Below are positions 1 through 13,699 of a DNA stretch of 64,000 nt, piece by piece (the stretch's first letter is position 1; each line of letters begins with the position of its first letter). Origin of the DNA: Convolutriloba macropyga. Lineage: Eukaryota. The notes beneath the pieces are model-generated. The model worked only from the letters and a program-made list of their open reading frames with translations. It was not told the origin of the DNA and made no database searches. The position numbers and the translations under genes are program-made. The stretch lies in contig NC_134468.1 in the NCBI RefSeq assembly GCF_964194025.1, positions 17,422,001 to 17,486,000 on the forward strand. Reading direction: 5' to 3'.

Positions 1-202
1 CATTTCAAACAGGAGTTTTTTTCCGTTGCTAGCCTGACGTTTATCTTTTATAATCTTTTCGCAACATTGACTGAGTACTCATTGAAAACGCATTGTCAAA
101 ATTCGTCTCCATTCGCTGCGTCTATACCAGACGGACCAAGGCTGTCATGGGTTTTCCTGGCTGCAGTTGCAATCGTTTCACATATAGAGGGATGGTAGAG
201 GG

Positions 203-626
203 CCCAGGATGAAGTCCGCGACCCAAGACAGGTATTGGCCAGACCGACTTGGGTCGCGGACAGGGGGTCCGGTGCGACCGTCCACAATGGTCTGGAAAAA
301 ATTTGGGTCGCGCTTTCCGTCTGTTCGGTCTGGCCAATGCCCATATTTCGGTCTGTTCGGTCTGGCCAAGACCAATATTTCGGTCTGTTTGGTCTGGCCA
401 ATACTATTTTTCTGTCTGCTCGGTCTGCCCAATACCATTTTTCTGTCTGTTCCGTCTGGCCAATACCCACATTTTGGTGATGAGTATTAGTTGGGTATTC
501 GCCAGACCTTACAGACTTTGCCCAGACTTATGGCCTATCTTTGGGTATGGTCAGTCTGGCCAATGCCTGTCTTGGGTATGGTTGGTCCGGCCAATACCTG
601 TCTTGGGTCGCGGACTTCATCCTGGG
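203..626. mobile_element. MITE with CCC-terminal TIRs and 2-bp TSD (CACTA/CMC-like, non-autonomous)
   Basis: CCCAGGATGAAGTCCGCGACCCAAGACAGGTATTGGCC at 203 has its reverse complement ending at 626. GG flanks both ends. Internal ~33-bp tandem repeats contain TCTGTTCGGTCTGGCCAAT. Confidence 0.85.
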
Positions 627-899
627 GGCAACTGAAAGCAAATAAATGTTCTGGGGGACAACAATCAATTTTGGATCGCCTTTAGAGGGATTTTATTTCC
701 CATGGAGCATTTTGAGTAGAAACATTGTCCATTTATTGTATCTCTGGGTGAGAGAATCTCATGAGATTGAGAGAAAGGGATCAAAAGATTAGTCTAAAGA
801 GTCATTCAAAGAAGGCTTTGCACCCGTCATTCCGACGCAAATTGAGCCATTCTGAAGGGATTTGAAACAACCACAGTTGCAGAGCAAGGTTAAGAAAAA

Positions 900-2950
900 G
901 AGTTGACATCTGAGTAGAATATTTCAAATTTTTTTCAGTAATATTTTAATTAAAACTAATTATAAAAGTCAATTGATTTAATAATTGAGCATTACGATAC
1001 GATATCTAGTAATCTTATTTTAACCAAAGTTCTCATCAAACTTTAATGTGCTAAATTTATCTATGAGCTCATTTTGTCGTGCATTCATTGCATTTTCACT
1101 TAACTTAATTGAAAATTCGTTTAGCTCATTTGAATGTTGTTATTGCCCTGAATAAATTTATAACCGTTAGTACGTCATGGAGTTCGAACTGGTACAACGA
1201 CAGCAGAAGCTTCTGATTACCTCTTTCATAACTCATTTCCCAACGACTTAAAATTTATTGAGTTGGTTTCTTTGGATACATTTTTTTGAATTCAGTTTGT
1301 TTTACAAACCAAACCAATAAACAATATCTTTAACCAATATAAAAAATTACAAATAGGCTTTATGTTTTGTTATATCTTCGGGTAAAACAGAAATCTTACA
1401 TTTAGGAAAATAGAACGCCTTTAAAAATTTTTGACACCGCTTTTGGCGGTTTGCCTCGGTAATTTTTATCACAGCTCAGTCTGTTTTGTTAATTTTTTAC
1501 CTCAAAGTATTTTGATATTTGTTTATTTTGATGTTTGCTGTTTTGTTGTTATCTTGATGGTAAAACAATAGCTTTTATTGTTATTCAATTTTATTTCTTT
1601 ATATTCCGACTAAGTTTCAGTGGCTTGAAGATCCGATTGGATATCTGCTGGTTTTGCTGTTACTAAATTTTATGTCATTGGCACGTCCAAAATTCTGTAG
1701 TTTGCTCTTAATCTCGGGAACTTACCACTGATATGCAGCTGCTCAACTGTTCAAATAAAATATTGTGCTGTACGCTCTTTTAAATCTAAATAAAGGCGTG
1801 TTTTAAATCTAAATAAAGCAAATATAAATCCTTTTCTCTTCATCAAGTTATTTTAATAGAGTATTGGGCAAAACGCAGTGGCTCAGTCATAGCATACCTT
1901 TTGTTTCTTAAACTTATATTGGAAGATATCGAGAGATGGCTTAATTATTTGTGAACAACATTGAAAATTTCAAGACAATACAAACTAAGCTGATTGCCCT
2001 GTAGTTCCCAAGCATTGACCTGTTTTCGTTTTTGAAAATTGGAATTAGTTCGCTCGTTTTCAAAAATGATGGAAAATTCCCTTTCTTCAATGCATCTTGA
2101 AAAATTATAGGCAGTGATTTTGAAAGAGTTGGCAGTTTTTTTATGATCGTACTATTGATACGGTTAGATTGGCATGCTTTTTTGGTCTGAAGTTTGGGCA
2201 GTATTTCCCTGATTTTTGTTTAATCTTCAATTTTCAATTTGTTATAATTTGCTTTTTGTCTTTATTGTGTTTATTTGTAAGAAAATGCTGCAGAAGAAGC
2301 GCTAAAAAGTTTGGACTTCAATCTAGCTTAATTGCTGTTGTTATTCTAGTTAGACATTGTTTTGGGATATATTTTGCATTTCAAAAAAGATTTTATGGTT
2401 TTTCTTAATGATCGGAGAAACTCTAAAAAATTTTATCTTCAATAAACGTTTGATCTTTTTTAACTGATCTCGGAACTTCTTTTTGCTTTTTTCGGTTAAA
2501 TCAGTGTGCTGAAGCCTGGATTTTTGTTTTTAATTTAAGGGTAGTTATCACTTACATGAGATGTAAGGATACTTTTTTGGTGAATCGGGGGAAGATATAT
2601 CTGTGCAATGTGGTGTTCAGAACGTTTTTTCGCTAACACATCGTCAAGCTTTTATACCATTTCTTGACTAATTCATCAATATTTATGTAGCCATAAGGCT
2701 TAAAATTGTTTCTTTTGTATAGAGTCATTTGACCTTTTCCAATTTTCTTTATTTAGAGCAAGTTCACGCTGGGGGTAAATTTTTGTTGCAGTTTGCGGTT
2801 CAATCTACAATATGAAAACTTCAAAATTAGATCTGAAAGAATTTTGAACTCAACTTTTGTGTCAAGTCTTGCTTTGATGACATTTCTGGTATGAATCGGA
2901 AACCTACGAATATTCTTAAACAATTGCGGGTGTTCTACTTTTAGCATTTT
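900..2950 (-). mobile_element. Heavily degraded LINE reverse-transcriptase remnant
   Basis: Minus strand near 1965-2015 reads LGNYRAISLVCIVLKIF (NYRPISL-like), with an LDLxxAF-like remnant near 1795-1825. Many stops; boundaries approximate. Confidence 0.45.
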
Positions 2951-2967
2951 GATGTTTCAAGTAAAAA

Positions 2968-5900
2968 TTGCGCTGGATATTGTTATTTTTCTGGAATAGC
3001 TTATATAATTGTTTACTATTTGAACTATTGTTCAAGAGTTTTAAGAATTAAAGGACTGGGATTACTGAAAAATGGATAAAATATTCGAAGAGTATTAGGT
3101 AAGGCCGTGGTCTTCTGACGGAAGGAACCTATGGCTTATCTAATCAAAGCAGCACAAGAACACAAGAGGTTGCGGTCTCCCGACTGGAAGAACCTATGGC
3201 TCATCTAATAGCAGATACAGAGAAAAGGTAAGTACGTGGTCTCCTGGTGGAAGTATCATAAGGACTGTCTTCATCTGCAGTGAGTTTTCGTTAGTTCTGT
3301 TCTGGTTGTTATCTGTTCCAGCCCCCGCTCGTTGATTACCGCAAATTTTTTTGAATGAAAAACTATGGAATTCAGAAGGACGTTCTTTGTGTCGAGGCAT
3401 CTCTAGAACCAAAATTTTGACAAAAACCATTTCAATATGGTTATACTTGACGTGCAGAACTTCCAGAATGCTCAATTGCGCCGTACTTGAAGATGATATC
3501 ACAGAAAACGAAATTGATACAGCTCTTCGTTATGGCACTAACGGCTGCTCAATGGACAATGACGAAATCCAGCCAAGAGTGTTCAAGCATATCGACCCCA
3601 AACTCAAGAGCTTACTTCTCTGGCTCTATATCGAATGTTGGCAGAAATCTAATTGGCCCTGGTTGAAAGCAAGGTTATCCTTCATCAGAAAATCGAGCAA
3701 AAACTTCTATCTACTCTGCTCTAGCTTCAGACCACTGTCTATCTGCAGTCATATTGGTAAACTTTTTCAGAGAATAGTTGAACAAAGGATGAAGAAGTGG
3801 ATGGAAGCAAACAGTTGCATAAACCCAACCCAATAAGGCTGCCGACCCAAGAAAAGTACAGTAAGGTCACTTTATCGTCTCAACCTATTGGTAAAAAAAC
3901 AATTCAGGAATGGAAACCGGCGGCTCTGCTAAATATCGACAGGGAGAAAACGTTCGATAACGTTTGGATAAATGGAATGATCTACAAATTGAAAGTAAAG
4001 GGAATGGTTGGAAAACTATTTGCAATCTTGCTCACTTTTCTAAACAACAAATAAACATGATAATTTTGAATTCAAGATCGAAATGGGAAAACCACAAGGC
4101 AGTGTACTCTCACCTGTGCTATTCGTCCTTTACTTTGACGACTTCCTGATGACTAGAAATAACACTTTAAATTTGCGGATGACAGTTCGGTACTAATAGA
4201 AGCAGAGACATCTGGAAAATAGAGCGCGCAGCTCAACAATGCTTGTCGTGACCATGAGAGCTGGTGTTCCAAATGGAGAATGGCCGTGAACGGCTCAAAG
4301 ACTGAATTGATGCTATTGAAAAGCTCAGCAACAGTCATAGATGTACCAATTGTGAGAGGTGACAGCTGTGCAGTTACACAACAGACCAAATCGATTGCTC
4401 TGACTTAAAACGACAGACTTGAATACAAAGAGCATGCCTGGTCAATCATCCCTAAGGCAATGGGGACCTGAAACCATTTCAGGAGCAAATATTCCCGGAG
4501 GTGGGCACTACCATTACAAACCCATTCTTTGTTATACAGAACAGTAATCCGACCGCAGGGGTTGTATGCTTTCCCGGTATGGTGGCAAAAAATACCAAAG
4601 TTTTCCAAACTTTTCAAAACAAGGTCATTCGGTCCACACTACAAAACTGCCTCGCACCATCGGTTCTAGCAGCCGAGTGTCTCTTCGGTATACCACCGGT
4701 GGACTTCTTTGGCAAGAGCTAGAATGTAAAGTTCCTCATCAAAAAAAGACAATGGCCCAGACCTGATCTCTACTGCCCACAATGAAGCACTTCAATTAAA
4801 ACGGAGCACATGAATGTCATATCTTCCAGAGCGATCTAGAAAAATATCAAAAGCATATGGCCTCAAACATGCATCCACGGCAATACTCAGCGAAAGAAAT
4901 AACAGATTTTGTAAACAAAGAATGGACCAATAGATGGAAGAGTCACTACTCACTGCGATTGTTAAAGAATTTCCCGAGATGTCTCCCAGAGATAGGAACA
5001 ACAAGCCCACTGCTCCGCGGGCTGGACATTTGTTTGGAAACTCCTTGAAATACAAGGAGATGAAATGGGAATTTAGCCACCACTTTTTTTGTCGTTTGCA
5101 GGAACGACGATCATGCGCGGCCCTCGCAACCACAGCTACTGGAATTTCTGTGGTATCAGAACTGTCAACAACTTGTGACCTTCATCTATAACTCAGGTAA
5201 ACTGCAAGACTAGTCCTATCTTTCAACTGATGTTGCTAAGAACTCCAAGCCAAAAGTTCCCCTAAAACAGAGAAGACGGCTGCAATATTCGCCTGCAAGG
5301 AGGGGCTCATACGGGAACTATGTATATATATCAGGTTTGCATCGAACAATCTAAGATTTGTGGATGGGACTGTCACCCAACTTCTTTCGAGATTTGTTTA
5401 TAGAAAGTTATGTCTTTCAAATTGATTCCATTCTAGCTATGTCTGAGGTTGTTTGAGGGGACGCTATCAGGCTCATCAAATGAACAGTTTAGAGTTTCTT
5501 TTGGCAAAGCCTCGATAATCCTGGCGCGCAACCTTAACTCTCCTCGCAAGCGTACGGTTGACGGGGGTTTAGCAGTTAATTTGTCTTGAATGCTTTCTTT
5601 AGGAGCCTAGAACTCACGTTTGCAAAATGGGGTGGGTGGTATGAGGAGGTTTATTCCGATGACAAAAATTCTTCGCAACGTTTTAACAACTTTCTTCAAG
5701 ATCAATGATGATTGCTTCTGGAAGTGAGAAGGGTTGGAGTTAGCGAAGTGAAAATGTATGACCTAGGAGTCTCCAATTAGCAAGATATTTGGCTCAGCAA
5801 ATGAAGTTTTCAACGTATGATATCTCATTAATACAGTTTTTTCATTGAGAGGTTTTCACAACTTACAAAATCCATTTCACATGAAAAACTGTATTTAATA

Positions 5901-6100
5901 AGTCTATCTGATGAGAGCTCTCTTGTTAGGCACTGATTTGAGTTTGATATTTCCTGTTTCCATGCACTTGTTGTTTTTCAAGTCATAAAGCGAATAAACT
6001 GAAATTAAAAAACTTCGACAGAAACTGCAATACCTTTGTACCAGTTTGACCCGCCAAACGGACCTATTGTTCGTCCAGAAGTATTTCATGATTCTAATTT
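2968..6100. repeat. Dispersed repeat, copy 1 (interrupted by the LINE at ~3290-5330)
   Basis: About 2968-3270 plus 5330-6060 are colinear with about 11170-12170. Shared strings include AAGGAACCTATGGC, TTATTCCGATGACA, GCTCAGCAAATGAAGTTTTCAACGTATGATATCTCATTA and TCTGATGAGAGCTCTCTT. Confidence 0.75.
3290..5330 (+). mobile_element. Degenerate, 5'-truncated non-LTR retrotransposon (RT region)
   Basis: Frameshifted RT motifs: FRPLSICSHIGKLFQRIV, LNIDREKTFDNVWINGMIYKL, PQGSVLSP (~4093), FADD (~4172), then WCSKWRMAVNGSKT. Confidence 0.85.
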
Positions 6101-6899
6101 TGCTTTCCTCAAGATGAAGATTGTTGAGTCGATCTTTGAAGGCTTGTTGAAGGCGCCTAATTAGTGCTTCAGTCTCAAAGCAGTCGTTTACAGTTCTTAG
6201 GCATGTGAGTTTTTAATGCTGAAAACATGCTGCCACCTTGATCAATTAGCCTGACATTATTGCGTTCTCAGCTAGGGGCTTCAAAATTTTGTCAAAAGAA
6301 GCTACATTATTTGTCCTGTTTTTGTTGAGCACAATCAAGTTTGCTCGGCAATGGAAAATTTTATAAGTTTGCTAGAGCTGTTCATCGACAACATGACAGG
6401 TATTTGTTCTTCCACTTCCACCGGTAATTGATGGAACCCAAAATAGCTCTTTTAGGTTACTTGTATCAATCTTATATTCGGATTGCAGTGTAATTTGGCT
6501 GTATTTTGAATAGAGCTTACTCATTAGTGTTTTTAATTTCTACTCATTCTATGAGGTACGTTTCTAACCAAATTTATGGTTATCATTTTGTCTATTATTT
6601 TGATTGATGATAAAGACACCAAGAAATTTTTTTCAGACTGTCTAGAAGTTATCATTAGGAGCACCATGTCAGTCAAAGTCAGTCAAAAGGACCTGTCATC
6701 ATAAAAACCCGGGCATGCTCAACAACTCAAAAGAAAGGATTCAACAACAGAGAAGGAATTCAACAATAAAAATGACAGATTGAGTAACCGGAGTAAAGGC
6801 CAACAAAATTTTTTAAAAAACAAAAAAAAACATCTGCGCTACGAACATCAGCTGCAAACACTTTTTCAGAAAAAGATTACAAATAAAAAATCTCGTCAA

Positions 6900-9800
6900 A
6901 TGTCGTTTTGTTGTTAACAGTACCGAATATACAAGCAGCACTTGGATTGTAAGGGAGATTCTTCGTTTCAAGAAACTACCAGCTCAAGGCTCATTCATCA
7001 TAATACAGATGGATTTGCATAGGTCTTTCAAAAATTTCTCTCTGGACGGTCCCGTAGACCATTGAATTTCTAACGCTAAAGAATGAAACAAACAATTTTT
7101 TTCAACAACACATTTATATTTGACATTTTTTCTCTCCTCGGCTTCCACTGCACCAATTCCATGGTTACCAACAGAGCCAGCAGACAAAAGACTGGGAGCC
7201 AAAGCATCCACCACAGTTACATCGCACAAAAAATTGTTTGCCTTGTTTTCAGGGTACAAAAGTCATGCCATCAGGTCTTTTGTTGTCGGATTTGTAGAGA
7301 ATAGCTGGTTTTAAAACAGAGGGAACACGAACAAAGGCTAAAGTTTGTTTAAACATGTGGTACAAATTAGTGTGACGTGAGAATTTCCCTGCACTCCTTA
7401 CACAAGAAAGCCCATGCAACTCCAAGGATTCCACTTTTCTTCCACAAACACATAAGCGAGGCTCGCAAATTTTTGCACGCAAGCGAAGCCCTACCGAGAT
7501 TCTCAACTGTTGATTTAAAAACTTAAGATTAAAGTTTTTGCAAGGTACTACATTTAGCCATTGTGACGCAATTTTATCTTGATAGGCGTTTAACGGTTTC
7601 ACTCCGTCCTCACCTAACTTAGGCAACAAATCGGTAAGAACCTTTTGATAGAAAATCTTAGACCAATTCTTCTGATGTTTGTTGTCTGGTGCTTCAAGGG
7701 TTCCTATTACTGCATACCACTATTCCACACCACAATTGAACTCTTTGTCTTCGAACTTTTCTCTAAAATGCTGTTCCAGTGCTTTACGGGCACCTACTGC
7801 TGAAGCTAAAAAAGCGGAAAGAGCAAGTAGTTGCGCGAAAGAAACACCTAAACCACTCTGTGAGGAGGGAAGAACTGACTGAGCGAAGAGGGTATCAGTG
7901 AAATACACATTTGGGACTTTGCTTAGAGCGTTTTTCAAAATATCGCCATATTGTTTCAGTAGGTCTTTTTCAATTTAGGCATGCGAAAATAGTTTCGCAG
8001 AAGATAAAAACCATAATGTGCGTCCAGATACTCAACAGTGTTTGATATTTTGTTAGTTTTTTTGATTTTCGTAAACAAAAAGTCGCGCTTAACTACACGT
8101 CGAAGCGGGGCACCTAAAATAACAAGCTGGTCTTTGGCTGTCGCTTTTATACCCGGACACGTTTTTTCAAAATTGTTGCAGAATTGTGTTAGGCTGCTGA
8201 ACAGTATGATTTTCCACAAAACAGAGCCCATATTTAATAAAATTTAGACTCAAATCAAGATCTTTTTCAGAGCCCATAACCCGCTTAAGATCTTTTAACA
8301 CAATTTTTTAATCCTTGGCAAAATTTCTATCATCTAAGTACAATTCTTTAATTTCCGACATCATATCATTCCTAAGGCCTTGAATTGTCTCTGCAAAAAA
8401 TGGAGGGCTTCAGGATCACCCTGCTACGTCTCCTCTTCAGATGAGATGATTGTAACGCCGTAAATCAAGTAATTAGGCTTGCTGTAGGCTGAAAAAAGGA
8501 AATGGTACATACTGGGTCTTATAGTTTTCACATATTTTAACATAGTCTCGCGGTTCAGGGAATTAAATGCATTTTTAAAATTTAACTTGAGCAAAACATG
8601 AATTTTAGGAGACGGCTTTTCAAGAATGTTTCGGAAGAGATGGGCCGCGATCTCTGCTCCTTTTGCGAGTGCCACATCAAACTTGGGTTTTTCCAAAGTA
8701 TTCTTTTTGTTCTTCTGAGACTTTGGATACTGCACACTTTGCAAAAACTCTGCAAGCAAGGTGTTGCCTAGCGCAATGCGCCGTAAACCACCATATTCTT
8801 AACTAACGCGATTACTTTAGCTCCAATGAAAAACGATCTAACGTTTTTTGGGACTTTGTTATTTGCAATTAAAATTACCAGTCTTGTTAGACTCTTCAAA
8901 AACTCAAGCCCAGCACTTCCATTAAACTTACACACAAAATCTTTCAAGACTTGAAGAATCAAACCATTGGGGCCAGTGCCAGACCCATTAGGAAAAGATG
9001 TTTTGGTTTTGTAAACGTCGTACTCGCTGGCTTCAAAACTGTCTATATTGTCAAGGGAAGAAACATTGATGGAACTACGCTTCGGATGTTCAGAAAGCAA
9101 TTTCTCGTTGTTTTCATTGTTACAAGGCGCATAGGAGTCATCAGAGCTAGCTAAACATATTCCCGCTTTTACATTGCCTTCATCTAATTTAGCTGAAAAA
9201 AGTTTGGTACGCTTTTCAAAGTCCGAGTCGTACTTTGGAGTCCTTTTTATCAGCAGTCGGGAAGTTCAGATTATTGCATCGTATTTTTTGGTTGATTTGC
9301 AGAACTCATAATGTTACTTTTACCAGATGTTTTGGGTTGGCCCAAAAAAGACATGAAGGCATTAAAAAATCAACCAAATACGACACACGCTGACTCTCTG
9401 ATTAAATTATGAATTTTTTTGAATAAACAGTTAGGCACAGGAGCTCTAGAAAATCTAGGAAAATTGTAATCTTTAGGAACTCTTTTCAAAAACCGAGCTT
9501 TTGAGGCGTTCATCAAACTCTCAAGAGTGAGCTCATTAACACGCATGATCTCCTATTAAATGAACATTGGAACATTTTACATGATTGTAAAATTCTAGTT
9601 TCTCACTTTCAAAGAAATTTATTTTTCACAAACACATGGTACCAAGTTTTACAAAATTTGCATTGAATCCAGTTTAGGAGTCCAGATGGCTTAGAGCAGT
9701 TTTCAGCGTTGCACAAAACGATGGCTCTCTTTGGCTTAGGAGTAAAGGAGTAGAAGCGGAAAAAAACGAGCATAACCAAGTCAAAAGGCCCTAACAAAAA
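6900..9800 (-). mobile_element. Degenerate non-LTR retrotransposon with PHD-like finger, RT and restriction-like endonuclease (CRE-like)
   Basis: In order on the minus strand: CNAENC..WIQCKFCKTWYH, GSGTGPNG, KLNFKNAFNSLNR, QGDP, YLDD (~8340), SQSGLG, CVCG..HGLSC, KRPDGMT, LCDVTV. Many frameshifts. Confidence 0.85.
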
Positions 9801-11169
9801 TTCAACCGCAAAAAAATACTCACTGAACCGACTTTAAGTGGAAAAACGACTTAAAACACACAATACACGATAAAAACACACTATTCAAAGGAACGGTCTC
9901 ACTGGCTTGCAGTCGATGGAGGAAGATTCAGCTCAACTGTCGAGACAAACCAAAACAGCATCAGAGGGTTCCTACGATATTGATCGGGACAACAAAGAGG
10001 ACAATTGTAAAAGGAGCAAGATCAATATGATCATTTACATTCTCTGAAAATATTTAATAAGTTTATCACAACAATTAGGCTGAAAGTTTGGGTCTGCAGT
10101 TTCTCTAAGAAAAAGACCCTCTGGGGCCTGTGGTCTGCTAACCACATTTCAGTAAAACGGAAAGCCTCTTATGGCTGTGTCATTTTCAATTTCGTTTAAA
10201 TTTACGACGACCCACGTTTTGTTTATCTTTTTGGAGATAAGATTCCTTATTCTCAGAATTTTAGCACTTGCACCTCGATTTATAAGCCTTGTTATCATTT
10301 TTAGCATTTCTCTTTCTCCCGTTTGCTCCATTGGCATAAACTCTGTAGCTAAAAAGCAGTGGCCATAATATTTCAGTTTTTTAGGATGAGCCGCAGCATA
10401 ATCAGTATCTATCGTCAACAGCAGAGCTCGATGCATACCTTCAGAAAATTTAACAAACCGCTTGATACCAGTGATTTTGCAGGGAATTTTACGTGCTTCT
10501 TTGCTTATTTTATACCTTTCAAGTCATGCTCGGATGATATTTCTGCTATGCATCGGAACCTAATTCCAATGTATTGTTCTTTACCGACAGGGTTTTGTTC
10601 GATGGTTCTTCTATAATTGGGGTTCAGGAGTGGGAGCTGTGTTGTCAGTACTTTTCGCTCTGATTTCATGGTGCTCTGTGTTTAACGCTAAGATATTGAA
10701 TTTTTCTCTGCTCCAAGTTCTTCAATTTCGGTCTGCAGTTTACTGATCTTTTCACTTTCATTGCAATTGGCTAACTGATCAATCGTGACATCTTTTTGAA
10801 TTCCATGCAAAATTGGAATACTTGGGTACGTTGTTAATAATACTGCTATTGTACATTACCTTTCACTATGCTCTTTTTTGTTAGATGAGTGTAAGATGTA
10901 TATTTTGATCACATGCTCAGCAAAGGAAAACCTGTTTTCAATTTAATGTTGACCCAGAACGGTTTGCATCGTTGATTTTTCATTAAATATTTGGGTCCTT
11001 TCTATTATAGTCACCCATGAAATTATAGTGCCGCATTATGTTATAAGTACCACGAATGCGGGCTTTAGTTTACATGATCTCTAAGCTGGAGGGCTAGAAT
11101 GAAAAAGACACGAATATTCTTTACAAATTCCGGTTGTTTTACTTTATCGTATTGATATTTCAAGACAAA

Positions 11170-12170
11170 TTGCGCTGGCTATTGTTATTGATGAGGACTG
11201 TATTAGATAGTTGTTTACTATGTGATCACTCGTAAACAGATAAGTTTTCGAAGAGGACTAGATAAGGCCGCGGTCTCCTAAGGCCGGACGGAACGATTCT
11301 GTGGTTTATCTGACCCCAGAAGAACAAAAAATAGGGCCGCGGTCTCTTGACTGAAGGAACCTATGGCACATCTAATCGTAGATTAACGCGAAAAGATATG
11401 TTCGTGGTCTCCTGACGGAAGGAGCCTATGGACTATCTAAACTCCCGCACTGGCAACTGGTTTGATTCAAACACTCTAAGGTTTGTGGATGATACTGTCT
11501 CTCAAATTTCTTCGAGAATTATTTGTAGAAAGTTTTGTCTTTCAAATTGATTCCAATATGGCTAAGTCCGAAGGCCTTTAGATGGACGCTATCACGATGA
11601 ACAGCTGAAAACTTCGTTTGGCAATGCCTCGATAACCCCGGGGCGAAACCTCAGCTCTCCTTGCAAGCTTACGATTGACTGGGGCTTATCAGTTAATTTT
11701 GTCGTAAATGTATTTTTAAGCGCCTCGAACTCAAATTCGGGGAAGGTGTGGGTAGTATGAGGGGGGTTATTCCGATGACAAGAATTCTTCGCAACGTTTT
11801 AACAACTTTCTGCAAGATCAATGATGATCTCCTGGAAGCGAAAGAAAGCTGGAGTTGGCGAATTGAAAGTATCTGACCTGCGACTCTCCAATTAACAATG
11901 TATTCAGCTCAGCAAATGAAGTTTTCAACGTATGATATCTCATTAGTACGGTTTCTTCATTGAGGGTTTTCCACACCTTACAAAATCCATTTTACATGAA
12001 AAACTTTTTTAAATAAGTTTATCTGATGAGAGCTCTCTTATTAGGCACTGATTTGCGTTGGATATTTCCTGTTTCCATGAACTTGTTGTTTTTCAGGTCA
12101 TAAAGTGAATAAACTGAATTTGCTAAACTTAGACAAAAACTGCCATATCTATGTACCCGTTTGATCGTCC
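11170..12170. repeat. Dispersed repeat, copy 2 (uninterrupted)
   Basis: Colinear with the two halves of copy 1 at about 2968-3270 and 5330-6060. Confidence 0.75.
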
Positions 12171-12507
12171 GAATGGGTGGTCCGTAATTTTTCCATCAGT
12201 TTCAACGTAATTGATGGACCCAGAAATGGCAAATTTCAGTGTTCTTAGTTTTTGATAGCTTGGCACCTAAGAAAGTTTCTTTCACTTTCAAAGTTAATTG
12301 ATGGATCTAGAAATGACCATTTTTTGTGTTTGTTGGCTTTTTGTGGAGTAGTTTTAGTGAATTAACAGAAAAAGAAAGTTATTCGTGTTATGTAGCAATA
12401 AGATGTAAGTTAAATAATTATTTGTAGCATTTGGCCAAGAATATTTGAATTTCATAATACTGTGTGCTGATAGCCCTCTTTTCTCGCCTACTTATTGATT
12501 TCAGACA

Positions 12508-13158
12508 ATGAGTTCAATGGAAGAGGATATGATTTACCGTCGGCTTCTATTGGAAGGAGATACTGGGGGAGATGATAAACGAATGACTCAACTTTTGAGA
12601 TCCATTTTAAAATTAAGTGATCTCTCTGACAATGGTGGGGACGGTTCCGATAGTCCTTCTGAAGCTGCCTACAAAATAATTACAACTCTCAATCAAGCAG
12701 AAACCGCAGTGCGCAGGTGCACTTCTATCTGTGATATGAACGCCAACGAAGTGCAATTTTATGAGCAGGAACTAAGCAAAATAGAGAAATCCATTGAAGA
12801 ATCCAAGGCATCTGTCGAAAGTTTCAAAGAAGCTCTAGAAAATGCTAAAGTCGTTCGCAAGCATAAGCAAGCATTTGATTCGCTAGCGCAAACTATATTG
12901 AAGGAACCTGCTCGTGACCTTAGTGTGAAGCGTCTGGAGGCAATAAAAGGAGAGATGGAACAGCTGCATAAAACAGAGGGTCTGCTGATCGATGAGCAAC
13001 GAGATATTGATCGACATTTTAAATTGTTCACTTTTGCCCTTGCACAGTTGAAGTCTCATCTGAAAGTAAAGGAAGGAAAAGAAGCGGAAACAGGATCTGC
13101 AGATGCCAAACAATCAAATGACGATGATGAAATAATGGAAGTGACGCCATCTAAATAG
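12508..13158 (+). CDS. THOC7: THO complex subunit 7 homolog (single coding exon, 216 aa)
   Basis: N-terminal EEDMIYRRLLLEGDTGGDDKR matches the THOC7 D.EVIRKRLLIDGDG.GDDRR motif. Coiled coil with LENAKVVRKHKQAFDSLAQTI..EPAR. Splice acceptor TTTCAG lies 3 nt before the ATG. Confidence 0.9.
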   Translation: MSSMEEDMIYRRLLLEGDTGGDDKRMTQLLRSILKLSDLSDNGGDGSDSPSEAAYKIITTLNQAETAVRRCTSICDMNANEVQFYEQELSKIEKSIEESKASVESFKEALENAKVVRKHKQAFDSLAQTILKEPARDLSVKRLEAIKGEMEQLHKTEGLLIDEQRDIDRHFKLFTFALAQLKSHLKVKEGKEAETGSADAKQSNDDDEIMEVTPSK

Positions 13159-13699
13159 TTCCAATATTGCACTTCAGTACCAGTTATTTGTGTTCTCTGA
13201 TATTTACCTTTACAAGTTCATGTTTTCTTTGATTTATCTTTTTAAATCAACATGCTATGTCAGTAAGTTGGCAAAGTTTGATTGATAGCGCTTGAAAAGA
13301 TACTCTGGGCCAACGTTTGCAGGTGTTGTCCTGTTCTTATGTGGCTAACTGCATATTTTTGCTGGGGCTGATGGGCATTTTAATGATTTTTCGCCAATTG
13401 CGTATCGTCTGAAACAGTGGCTTTTTCGGTCACCTGAATATTTAATGGACGAAGATCTTGATACCTCGACCACACAAAACAAAAAAGTTCACTGGATTCT
13501 GTGCAGTGTAGGAAGATTTCACATTTTTTGAAAATGACACCAGGTGAAAAGGTTTGGTTTAATTTGGTGTTTACGCTCAATTTTTATCTTGATCGTAACA
13601 GCCAGTGTTAAAGATGTGTTACTAAATGATGACATAATTCTATAAAGTAGTGAAAATATTGTGTTTTTTTATATTGGCTTCATCATCCACCCTGTCGTT

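Noticed and set aside
96-685. Overlapping ORFs on both strands
   Set aside because: By-products of the GC-richer MITE repeats.
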